Below are positions 45,914-54,142 of a stretch of DNA of 64,000 nucleotides, piece after piece. A model generated the notes under the pieces. That model was not told where the DNA came from. It saw only the letters and a list, made by a program, of their open reading frames with translations, and ran no database searches. The stretch is from positions 21,776-85,775 of the forward strand of contig CAKZPI010000019.1 in NCBI GenBank assembly GCA_937139155.1. The letters are read 5' to 3'. Both the position numbers and the translations under genes were made by a program. Numbering within the stretch: the first letter of the stretch is position 1; the number at the start of each line of letters is the position of its first letter. Source of the stretch: an uncultured Flavobacteriales bacterium. Its GTDB lineage: Bacteria > Bacteroidota > Bacteroidia > Flavobacteriales > JBLHRE01.

Positions 45914-46926
45914 GAAAATTCGCCCTTTTGGCTTTGCCCATTGCTATGTTTTCGTGTAAGTCTGACCCTGATCCCATCGATAATTCTGAAAAAGGTTACG
46001 ATGAGAAAATATTAATCATGAACGAAGGGCAGTTTCAAGTAGGAGATGCAGATTTAACTGCCTACGACCCGGAAACCGGAAGTGTTGAACAGGCTGTATT
46101 CTTCAATAAGAATTCTGTACCCTTAGGCGACATTCTTCAATCAGGAATCACCTATGACGGAAAAACCTATTTGGTTTTGAACAATTCAGGAAAGTTGATG
46201 CAGGTAGATGCTGAAACCTTTGAATATCAAGATCAATTAGACGGATTAAACCTTCCTAGACATATGATCATTCATAATAACCAGGGCTATTTGGTTACCT
46301 GGGAAAGCTTTACAGGACCTGGAAAGCTTCTTAAAATTGACTTGAGTGATTTGAGCATTTTAGATTCTGTTCAATTGGGCGTTTTGCCTGAGGCCCCAGT
46401 TGTGATTGAAAATGAAATCTGGATACCCAATTCAGGCGATTCAACGGTAACCGTGGTAGACCTGAACATGAATGACACCACCTTGTATTTTGGGGCTCAT
46501 GCTCCGAATTCAATTCAGGCATTTGGAAACCAAGTTTTAGTACTTCACCAGGGACGGTTATCCTTTTTCGGAACCCCAACAGATGCTGCCATGGTACGGG
46601 TGGATGCAGCCTTTAAAATGGCTAGGAATACGGTTTCCTGGGTCCATAACGATGCCACAGTTGGAAAGCTGGTTAAGGTAAATGAAACCCAAGCCGCATA
46701 TGTATACAACGGAATAAACCTTTGGAATGTAAGCAACGATCAAACCGGAGCTTCGGGCTTTAGCTCAGAAAACATCTATGGTCTTGGTTATGACCAGTCA
46801 AAGTTTTACCTAGGTATTTCACCTGCTTTTGATCAAGCTGGATATGTGCTAATAGCCGATGAAAACCTGAATCGAATGGATAGCATTCCGGCGGGGGTGG
46901 GACCCAATGGGTTTATTTTTCCTTAA
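45910..46926 (+). CDS. Surface lipoprotein, YncE/DUF5074-like beta-propeller
   Basis: 338 aa with a 4-nt overlap with the receptor gene. It has a lipobox (AMFSCKS), an ILIMNEGQFQVGDADL start and repeated ...G.LY/LVLNNSGKL.VVD... blades, as in YncE-like propellers often encoded next to TonB-dependent receptors. Confidence 0.55.
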   Translation: MRKFALLALPIAMFSCKSDPDPIDNSEKGYDEKILIMNEGQFQVGDADLTAYDPETGSVEQAVFFNKNSVPLGDILQSGITYDGKTYLVLNNSGKLMQVDAETFEYQDQLDGLNLPRHMIIHNNQGYLVTWESFTGPGKLLKIDLSDLSILDSVQLGVLPEAPVVIENEIWIPNSGDSTVTVVDLNMNDTTLYFGAHAPNSIQAFGNQVLVLHQGRLSFFGTPTDAAMVRVDAAFKMARNTVSWVHNDATVGKLVKVNETQAAYVYNGINLWNVSNDQTGASGFSSENIYGLGYDQSKFYLGISPAFDQAGYVLIADENLNRMDSIPAGVGPNGFIFP

Positions 46927-47633
46927 ATTAAATAATCCCTTACCAATAACCTTTTGGTGATGGGTAGGAGGGATTCATTGAGCGGAAATTCATCTTTTGT
47001 TCGAACTAGGAATACGGCAGGATTGGGAAGTTCTGTCGTATTTTTAATTAAATCCCTTTTCATTTGAACCAAAGACCGGCTAAGGCCCCAAACCTCATCT
47101 TGTATAAACCAAGTTTGCAGGCTTCTATACTGTTCACCGGCCCAAGAAACCAGGCTATGAGCATATCTGAAAACCTGAACCGATCCCTTTGAGCCGGGCC
47201 AAAGAAAAAGGTATCCTTCTTTTTTATACATGGGTAAAACCCCAACCGATTCCACTTTAATTTGATCTTCAATCCAATCGAAGATTTCCTTTCCTTCCTC
47301 AATGGCGTCTTTAAGTTTGGGTTCGGCAAACTGCATGATTCTGATTACTTCCTCCATAACCTCATCATCGGCGGCGGTTTCTTCATATTTGATTTGAAAC
47401 TTTTTTAAGTCGACTGAGTCAAGCCTTTTTGGAAAGGCATTTCTAAGCTTTTCTCGGCTTTCCATCAAGGTTTTAAGTTTCCGGTAATGGTCAACCAATT
47501 CGGCCATTTCAGGGTATAATTTAACCTCAGTAAATCTTGAGTTAACATGTTGAAGGTAAGCCAATAGGAGGTATTTTTTATACTCGAAATCATTCCAACC
47601 TTCGGTAATCCAATTTGGGGATAGCTTTTCCAT
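46923..47633 (-). CDS. Hypothetical cytoplasmic protein
   Basis: 236-aa ORF with no signal peptide and no motif I can assign. It is predicted helical at the N-terminus and beta-rich at the C-terminus. Its 3' end overlaps the convergent lipoprotein gene by 4 nt. Confidence 0.55.
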   Translation of the reverse strand: MEKLSPNWITEGWNDFEYKKYLLLAYLQHVNSRFTEVKLYPEMAELVDHYRKLKTLMESREKLRNAFPKRLDSVDLKKFQIKYEETAADDEVMEEVIRIMQFAEPKLKDAIEEGKEIFDWIEDQIKVESVGVLPMYKKEGYLFLWPGSKGSVQVFRYAHSLVSWAGEQYRSLQTWFIQDEVWGLSRSLVQMKRDLIKNTTELPNPAVFLVRTKDEFPLNESLLPITKRLLVRDYLI

Positions 47634-47726
47634 AATGCCTGATTTAATCCTGTTCTTTAATAACGAAGGATAAGTTAATCGGATTGTCTGGAAAAGTCAA
47701 GGGGAGGAGGGGCTTGGGGTAAGGGC

Positions 47727-47758
47727 AAAAAAAAGGGCCGCAGAATAGCAGCCCCTTT
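47727..47758 (-). terminator. Intrinsic terminator of the second T9SS cargo gene
   Basis: The minus strand reads GGGGCTGC-TATTCT-GCGGCCC (7 bp with one bulge and one G-U) followed by T8. Confidence 0.55.
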
Positions 47759-47779
47759 AAAAGATTATTGGTCGAAAGC

Positions 47780-49774
47780 TTATTGAACGATAAGCTTTTC
47801 AGTTCTGAATTCATTGCCCATTCTCATTTCAACCAGATAAATTCCGGCGTCTAAGTTTTGGGTATTGATTGGGAATTCAAGAGATCCTGAAACGGTTCCG
47901 TAGTTTCTTCCAAAAAGCACTTGCCCATTCAAATTACGAACGGTGATTTCAACCTCTTGGCTCTGAACCGTAGTTTGAATCATGGATGTACCTGAAACGC
48001 TAGGGTTTGGATATAAATTGAATTCAAAATTTGATTCCGTTTCCGAAGAAAGTCCAGGAGTACCTGCTACCCCTTTTGTGCCTGCATTGTCAATTTCGTT
48101 ATCGTCATTGATCAAAATGGCTACGGCGGTCATATTTTCAAGTGCCCAAGAAGCTTGTACGTCAACGGTGAAATTGAAGGTAAAGTTTTGTCCACTTGTA
48201 ATGGAAGTAGGTAGGGTAGAACCATCATCGGATTGGGTTACATAGGTTCTTGCTACATCGTCATACACCATTTGTGAGGCAGGAACTGGGTTTGGAAGGT
48301 TTTCATAACCGCCCATTGGACCTTGAGCACCACCGGCAAAGTAATTGGCTTGAGCCCAGGTAGAGCCAGAGCCCGTTACATCATCTTCAATGAATACAAG
48401 GTAAACTTTCCAGTTTCCAGAAACGTTTTGTGTAAAATCTACATCCACGGTGGCGGTAAGTTCTTCATCAACTCCATCGTAAGAAATGCTAGGAGTAAGA
48501 ACGGCACTAGGCAGGGTGGTGATTTCTTTTAGGAACTCACTTTCGAATCCAGAGGGGTCAAGAACCGCTTTCCGGTCAATAAGGCCAGAGGGGTATCCAG
48601 AGATTTGTGTTCCCATCCAGGTGTCATAAGAAGCAACTACCATTGGGTCGCCGTTATGTACAGCAATTCCTTGGAAAAAGCCTTCGTACTCTTCTGCCAT
48701 ATGGTCCATGGCAACAGCACCTCTAGGGCACCATCCACACCAGGTACCGGTTCCTTCTTCACCTACAACCATTTTGTTAAGAGCAGGAACAATAGGGTCT
48801 ACGGAAATGGTTTTCACATCGTCATTTGGGTCACCGTCTTGCCCCATTCCGTTCACGTTTGAAACGGTTACGGTCATTGGGTTTGCTCCAGCAACCAGGC
48901 TGATGCTTTGGTTAAGGGTAACAGTTGTGGTAGCCAAAGAGGCTAAGTTTAAGCCTGAAACGGTTTGATTGATTACGTTTCCGTTGTAGTCAACCGATAG
49001 GTCAAAGCTAGAAATAGCACTGGTTCCAAGGTTTTTGATTTCAACCTCTGGGGTTTTGCTTTGTCCGGCAAGACCGTTAATATCTGCCACAAGGGTAACA
49101 CCTGCATTCAGCGGAGGTAGATTATATGGGGTATAGTTCCACATTACATCATCTACATAGAATCCGCTGGCATTTCCAGAACCCTGATTGATGGGATAAA
49201 TATCCAATGAGGCTACTTGGTTTTCAGGGTTTGAAAAAGACCCTTGAGATACGGTATCAATAAATAGCTCCCAGTCATTGACATTAAAGTCAACGTCAAT
49301 TTTAAGATTGAACCAGGTATCTACAGGGTAAGTAGTGGTTAGGAAAACTCCCTGCTGATTCTGCAAGCTTAAATTTCCGGCATCGTCAAAATTAAAGTCG
49401 AGGGCCCAGGTCTGGCCAATGGTTGCATTGGCTTGAAGGTTCATGTAGGCCGCTTTTCCTGGCTCTACTTTGAAGTTCATTTCCATTGAAAACTGCCCGG
49501 TATTCATTACCTGGCCAAAGGGTAGAACCACATCTTGGGGTCCGCCATTGGCAGAGTTGGAAGAAAAGTAAATGGATTGAGATCCGCTGGCCGCATCGTT
49601 GGTGGTTACTTGAACATCTTCAGACCCCCCTACGGTTCCAGACCAGGTGGTCCAGGTGGGAGAAACTACTCCGATATAGTCGCCAGGACTATAATTTTCA
49701 AAATCATCGCTGAATTGGGCTGATGCTCCAAGAGCAAGGGCCAATCCGGCGCAAAGCGTAAACGTTTTTTTCAT
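47780..49774 (-). CDS. T9SS-secreted protein: lectin-like domain + CARDB-like domain + Omp28/thioredoxin-like domain (WCGWCP) + C-terminal sorting domain
   Basis: ATG 49774 gives 664 aa (the track over-extends to 49816). It has a signal peptide, aa 21-215 jellyroll (FSDDFENY...GFYVDDVMW), aa 222-326 CARDB-like, aa 330-565 with EEGTGTWCGWCPRG, and a T9SS CTD in the last ~80 aa (NLYPNPS...GIYLVEM). Confidence 0.8.
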   Translation of the reverse strand: MKKTFTLCAGLALALGASAQFSDDFENYSPGDYIGVVSPTWTTWSGTVGGSEDVQVTTNDAASGSQSIYFSSNSANGGPQDVVLPFGQVMNTGQFSMEMNFKVEPGKAAYMNLQANATIGQTWALDFNFDDAGNLSLQNQQGVFLTTTYPVDTWFNLKIDVDFNVNDWELFIDTVSQGSFSNPENQVASLDIYPINQGSGNASGFYVDDVMWNYTPYNLPPLNAGVTLVADINGLAGQSKTPEVEIKNLGTSAISSFDLSVDYNGNVINQTVSGLNLASLATTTVTLNQSISLVAGANPMTVTVSNVNGMGQDGDPNDDVKTISVDPIVPALNKMVVGEEGTGTWCGWCPRGAVAMDHMAEEYEGFFQGIAVHNGDPMVVASYDTWMGTQISGYPSGLIDRKAVLDPSGFESEFLKEITTLPSAVLTPSISYDGVDEELTATVDVDFTQNVSGNWKVYLVFIEDDVTGSGSTWAQANYFAGGAQGPMGGYENLPNPVPASQMVYDDVARTYVTQSDDGSTLPTSITSGQNFTFNFTVDVQASWALENMTAVAILINDDNEIDNAGTKGVAGTPGLSSETESNFEFNLYPNPSVSGTSMIQTTVQSQEVEITVRNLNGQVLFGRNYGTVSGSLEFPINTQNLDAGIYLVEMRMGNEFRTEKLIVQ

Positions 49775-49921
49775 GGTATTATGGTTTGTTGCCGCCAAGG
49801 TAAGGAAGTTAACCAAAGAATGACAAAGATTTAATCGGTTAGCATACCTTATATAGCCATAAAATCAGGGATTTTGTTTTACTCCAATAAAGGAATGGGG
49901 GATTTTCATCACCTTTGATAT

Positions 49922-50404
49922 ATGAATGAACCCAAGATTATTGACTTTCCTGGCTTGATGGTAGTTGGGATGAATGTGACGGCTCCATTATCTATGGAAA
50001 CTACTGTAAAACTATGGTCTGAATTCATGCCTCGAAAAAGGGAAGTCCGGAGTATTATAAGCCCAGACTTATATGCCATTCGAGAGTATCAAAACATGAA
50101 CCCGGTGGATATGAAATCTGGAAATGTTAAACAATGGGCCGGCGCCCCAGTTAAAATGGAAGGGTTTGTGCCCAAGGGGATGGATCTATTGGTGATAGAC
50201 CCGGGCCTTTACGCCGTATTCACCCACCATGGCAAATCAGACCGCTTTTCAGAAACGGTAGCATATGCCTTCACCAAATGGCTTCCCGAATCAGGTTATA
50301 AGCTTGATTTAAGACCTCATTTTGAACGTATGGGCAAAGACTACCTCGGGGCAGATAATGAACACTCAGTGGAGTATTTTCACCTACCCATTTCAAAGGT
50401 TTAG
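49922..50404 (+). CDS. GyrI-like small-molecule-binding domain protein
   Basis: 160 aa. The pattern (IIDFPGLMVVGM...LWSEFMPR...YAIREY...GLYAVFTHHG) is typical of AraC-effector/GyrI-like domains, and no DNA-binding domain is attached. Confidence 0.65.
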   Translation: MNEPKIIDFPGLMVVGMNVTAPLSMETTVKLWSEFMPRKREVRSIISPDLYAIREYQNMNPVDMKSGNVKQWAGAPVKMEGFVPKGMDLLVIDPGLYAVFTHHGKSDRFSETVAYAFTKWLPESGYKLDLRPHFERMGKDYLGADNEHSVEYFHLPISKV

Positions 50405-51348
50405 TCTCTTTCTACCTTATTGTCAACAGGAGGAATGGATTGCAAATAAGCAAAAATGGCCGATGCTTCCTTATCCGTAATTCGGGTATAAGGCATCATT
50501 GGGTAGCGTAGGGCTTCCCCATTAGGCCTTTGACCCGTTTTTAGGGTACGAATAAACTCTTCTTCAGTCCAATTGCCAATACCCGTTGGGTGTGGAGTTA
50601 AATTGGCGGTTTTCACTACCTCTCCTTCCAGGTTTAGGGGTGAGTTCCCTCCGGAAAGATACCCAAGTGTGTTTTCAGGGTTCAAATAATCAACCTTCTT
50701 AAAGTCAGGTGAATGGCAAGGAAAACAGTCGAGGTTAACTACCAAGTATCTACCCAATGCCACTCGGTCAGATGAGTCAGGAACTTCAATCTTCTCCTCC
50801 GGCATGGGGAATGGCTTCCAGGCTAAATTGCACAAAGCCTTTGTTAATATAGAGGGTTTAGACGGTATTGTTTCCACCTTTGCCGGAGCCACCATTCGAT
50901 GGTTAGATTTTAAGAAAGCAATGATGCTTTCCATATCGTAATCAGAAATATGGGGCAATTTCACCATATAGGCTGGGGCATAATCACCATTCCTTTTAAT
51001 GCCTGTTCTAAGCAGGTAGGCCAATTCAGAATCGGTATACTCGCCAATACCATAATCTGGGTCTTGGGTAATGTTGGGGGCATGAATTTCTCCAAATTCA
51101 GCTGGAGCATCTGTCATTTGTTTGCCCGTAAGTTTTTGGGTTCCCGGATTTAAATGGCAAGAAGCACAAAGCATGCCTACAAGTCGTTCACCTTGTGCAA
51201 GTTTTGCTGAATCAGGCTCTACATAATTTCTAGGTTCTGTGGTTTCATAGGAAGGGATTCCTTTGATTTGAACGAATGCCAAGAAACCACCTATAACAAT
51301 TACCAATAGGCCAATGAGAATTACGGCCACTTTTAGAAATTTCTTCAT
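50401..51348 (-). CDS. Membrane-anchored dihaem c-type cytochrome
   Basis: 315 aa with an N-terminal TM anchor and two haem c motifs, CASCH and CFPCH, each followed by a distal Met-containing segment. Confidence 0.8.
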   Translation of the reverse strand: MKKFLKVAVILIGLLVIVIGGFLAFVQIKGIPSYETTEPRNYVEPDSAKLAQGERLVGMLCASCHLNPGTQKLTGKQMTDAPAEFGEIHAPNITQDPDYGIGEYTDSELAYLLRTGIKRNGDYAPAYMVKLPHISDYDMESIIAFLKSNHRMVAPAKVETIPSKPSILTKALCNLAWKPFPMPEEKIEVPDSSDRVALGRYLVVNLDCFPCHSPDFKKVDYLNPENTLGYLSGGNSPLNLEGEVVKTANLTPHPTGIGNWTEEEFIRTLKTGQRPNGEALRYPMMPYTRITDKEASAIFAYLQSIPPVDNKVERD

Positions 51349-51425
51349 AGCTATGAGCTTTGGGTTAGTGGGTTAAATTTATCAATTTTAATCCAATAAC
51401 CACTTGCTAGTCAGAAATCAAAGCT

Positions 51426-52007
51426 TCAATCTTTCTTTTCAAAATTGATGAAAACCTCTTTTCCCATCCTTGGCGGGATGGAGTTATAGGCCATTTCCAG
51501 GGTCTTAATCTTAAAGTCTTGATTAAATAAAAACTGGTACTCTGCCGGGTTGCCACCGAAAGGAGGTCCTTGTTTTTCGTTTTGAAAGTGAAATAAGAGT
51601 CCAACCAGTTTGCCCTCTGGCTTTAGCAGGGATGCTACCTTTTGGGCATAGTCTTTCCTTAAGCTTGGGTCTAGGGCACAAAAGAAGGTTTGTTCCAATA
51701 TCAAATCATAGGAACCCTGATGGTCAAAGAAGTTTTCATGAAGGAGGCGAAGGTTGTTTCCTGTTGAGCTTAGTCGATCTTTCAAGTTTTTTAATGGACT
51801 TTCTGCCCAATCTAGAACGGTGATGGATTCAAAGCCCATTTTTAAAAGCGCCTCCGCCTCATATCCATTTCCTGCACCCGGAATTAGGATGTTTAGGTTT
51901 TTCTTGTGGATTTGCTTTATGTATTCCTCTATGGGCCGGGAAGCTTTTCCAATGTCCCATCCTGTTGAGCCTTCCTTATACCGGTTTTCCCAAAAACTAG
52001 AATCCAT
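51426..52007 (-). CDS. SAM-dependent methyltransferase, thiopurine S-methyltransferase-like
   Basis: 193 aa with FWENRYKEGSTGWDIG at the start and ILIPGAGNGYEA (SAM motif I). Confidence 0.7.
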   Translation of the reverse strand: MDSSFWENRYKEGSTGWDIGKASRPIEEYIKQIHKKNLNILIPGAGNGYEAEALLKMGFESITVLDWAESPLKNLKDRLSSTGNNLRLLHENFFDHQGSYDLILEQTFFCALDPSLRKDYAQKVASLLKPEGKLVGLLFHFQNEKQGPPFGGNPAEYQFLFNQDFKIKTLEMAYNSIPPRMGKEVFINFEKKD

Positions 52008-52008
52008 G

Positions 52009-53421
52009 CTATTTAAGCTCCATTAAAACTACGTTTTCTACGTGGTGGGTTTGAGGAAACATATCTACGGCTTTAGACTTTAGAACTCGATAGGAATCTT
52101 TCATGATTTCTAAATCTCTGGCCTGAGTTGCAGAGTTGCAGGACACGTAAACGATGCGTTTAGGCTTAGCTTCTAATATTTTGTAAATCACATCCTTATG
52201 CATCCCGTCTCTAGGCGGATCAGTAACCAGTACATCCGGAATACCATGGTCATCAATGAACTCTTGATTCAAGACTTTTTTCATGTCACCCGCAAAGAAT
52301 TCAAGGTTGGAAAGCCCATTCATTTCCATGTTTACCCTGGCATCTTGAATGGCTTCCTCTACGTATTCAATTCCGATTACTTTCTTGGCCTTTTTGGCTA
52401 GAAACTGGGCAATGGTTCCTGTTCCCGTATAAAGGTCATAAACCAATTCACTTCCGGTTAAACCGGCATAATCACGTACTAATTTATAAAGATTGTAAGC
52501 TTGGTCTGCATTGGTTTGGTAAAAAGACTTGGGTCCAACCCGAAACTTCAAATCTTCCATTTCCTCAAGAATATGGTCATCACCATGGTAAAGAATGGGA
52601 TCAAGATCAGCCATTGAGTCGTTCACCTTAGGATTGATCACGTAAAAAATACTGGTAACCTCAGGAAAACTGGTACGAATAAAGTTCAGAAGTTTTTCTT
52701 GAGCCAGGCTGTCTTTTTCCTTGAACTGAACCAAAACCATAATGCCCCCGGTGCTGCTGGTACGAATCATAAGGGTTCTTAGCAAGCCTGTTTGAAATTT
52801 GGGATTGTAGAATTCCATTCCTTCTTGCAAGGCAAAGTCTCTTACCGCCAAACGGATGGAATTGCTGGGTTCAGCTTGGAGGTGGCATTCTTTAAGGTCA
52901 ATGGATTTATCCCATCTACCCGGAGCGTGGAAACCAAGGGCAGGTTTCTTTTCAAATTCAATACCTGAGGCAATTTCTTCATCGCTTATCCAGGCTTGGT
53001 CTGAAAAGGAGAACTCCATTTTATTTCTGTAATAGTAAGGAGAGGGGGCAGGAAGTATGCTTTCATGTGACTCAACTTCAACCTTTCCAATTCGTTTTAG
53101 GTTTTGGGCTACTTCTTTCTCTTTGAAATGCAGTTGGTCTTCATAATTCATGAATTGCCATTTACAACCACCACAAACCCCGAAATGTATGCATTTAGGC
53201 TCTGTCCGACGGTTAGAAAGGCTGTGGAAGTGGGTGGCTTTGCCTTCATAAAACTTCCCTTTTTTCACCCTTGCCTTAACGTCGGCAACATCACCCGGTA
53301 TGGCGTTCGAAACAAAAACAACCCTTCCATCTTCTGCATGCCCAACCGCTTTTCCTCTTGCTCCTGCATCGGTGAATTCAATTTTTTCAAGCGATTTTAT
53401 TCGGTTTCGTTTCTTCCCCAT
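52009..53421 (-). CDS. rlmD: 23S rRNA (uracil-C5)-methyltransferase RlmD/RumA family
   Basis: 470 aa with an N-terminal TRAM domain, a Cys cluster (CIHFGVCGGCKWQ ... C) and a methyltransferase domain (DLYTGTGT, DPPRDG, VSCN). Confidence 0.85.
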   Translation of the reverse strand: MGKKRNRIKSLEKIEFTDAGARGKAVGHAEDGRVVFVSNAIPGDVADVKARVKKGKFYEGKATHFHSLSNRRTEPKCIHFGVCGGCKWQFMNYEDQLHFKEKEVAQNLKRIGKVEVESHESILPAPSPYYYRNKMEFSFSDQAWISDEEIASGIEFEKKPALGFHAPGRWDKSIDLKECHLQAEPSNSIRLAVRDFALQEGMEFYNPKFQTGLLRTLMIRTSSTGGIMVLVQFKEKDSLAQEKLLNFIRTSFPEVTSIFYVINPKVNDSMADLDPILYHGDDHILEEMEDLKFRVGPKSFYQTNADQAYNLYKLVRDYAGLTGSELVYDLYTGTGTIAQFLAKKAKKVIGIEYVEEAIQDARVNMEMNGLSNLEFFAGDMKKVLNQEFIDDHGIPDVLVTDPPRDGMHKDVIYKILEAKPKRIVYVSCNSATQARDLEIMKDSYRVLKSKAVDMFPQTHHVENVVLMELK

Positions 53422-53444
53422 GGTGTAATCAATTGGACTTAATG

Positions 53445-53469
53445 AAAACCGGAGGCAGACAGCCTCCGG
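53445..53469 (-). terminator. Intrinsic terminator of lolA-like gene
   Basis: A perfect 8-bp stem CCGGAGGC (53449-53456) / GCCTCCGG (53462-53469) is followed on the minus strand by TTTTCATT. Confidence 0.7.
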
Positions 53470-53499
53470 AAAAAGAAAATTTAAAAATACTAATGCTTA

Positions 53500-54141
53500 T
53501 TACCGTAGGTCAACGGATTCATAATTGGCGTATTCTGGATACCCCTTTAGGGTGAAAAGCTTTTGATCTAAGCCTTTGGCTTCCTTCAGGCTCTTAATCA
53601 AATAGCCGGTTGTGGTTCCATTCTTACCATATTCATAAGCATAGACCAAATCATTATTGCTGGCGTCAATGCCTACTTCAATGCGGTGGTAGGCTTTGTC
53701 GTTGGTAGAGCTAGGATACAGGATAATGCTTTGAACTTTTTTCCCGTTAACCGTTTTGGTTTCTCCCATACTTACTTTCATACCGGTTTCGTATAGGTTG
53801 AGCAGTGAGCTAGGTGAAAAACCTCCTTCCAGGTCATCCAAAGAAGAAATCATGACTTCGCCCATTTCCGGACTAACGGTCCAGAGGGTTTTTGAATCAG
53901 AAATTTGGTGGTATCCCATTACCTTAACCGAGTATTTATCTCCTTTTAATAGGGCAGAGCCATCATGTGATTCCTCCACGCCTGCGTCAACATTTTCAAG
54001 AGAGTAATTGAATTGAATTTCAACGGCCTCCATATTTTGCCATTTGGCAATGGATTCATCTAGGATAGCCTTTGCTTCTGGGTCGGTTTGACCGAAGGCT
54101 AGGGTAGAGGCCAAGATTAAAATTGAACTAAGATATTTCAT
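53500..54141 (-). CDS. lolA: LolA-like outer-membrane lipoprotein carrier protein
   Basis: 213 aa with a signal peptide and an open beta-barrel-type sequence. It occupies the conserved position immediately downstream of ftsK. Confidence 0.7.
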   Translation of the reverse strand: MKYLSSILILASTLAFGQTDPEAKAILDESIAKWQNMEAVEIQFNYSLENVDAGVEESHDGSALLKGDKYSVKVMGYHQISDSKTLWTVSPEMGEVMISSLDDLEGGFSPSSLLNLYETGMKVSMGETKTVNGKKVQSIILYPSSTNDKAYHRIEVGIDASNNDLVYAYEYGKNGTTTGYLIKSLKEAKGLDQKLFTLKGYPEYANYESVDLR

Positions 54142-54142
54142 G

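Noticed and set aside
50401-50404. Convergent gene pairs whose 3' ends overlap or abut without terminators (50401-50404, 46923-46926, 28467-28472), considered as antisense regulation.
   Set aside because: This is common in compact genomes. There is no additional evidence such as conserved structure or promoters, and it cannot be evaluated without transcript data.
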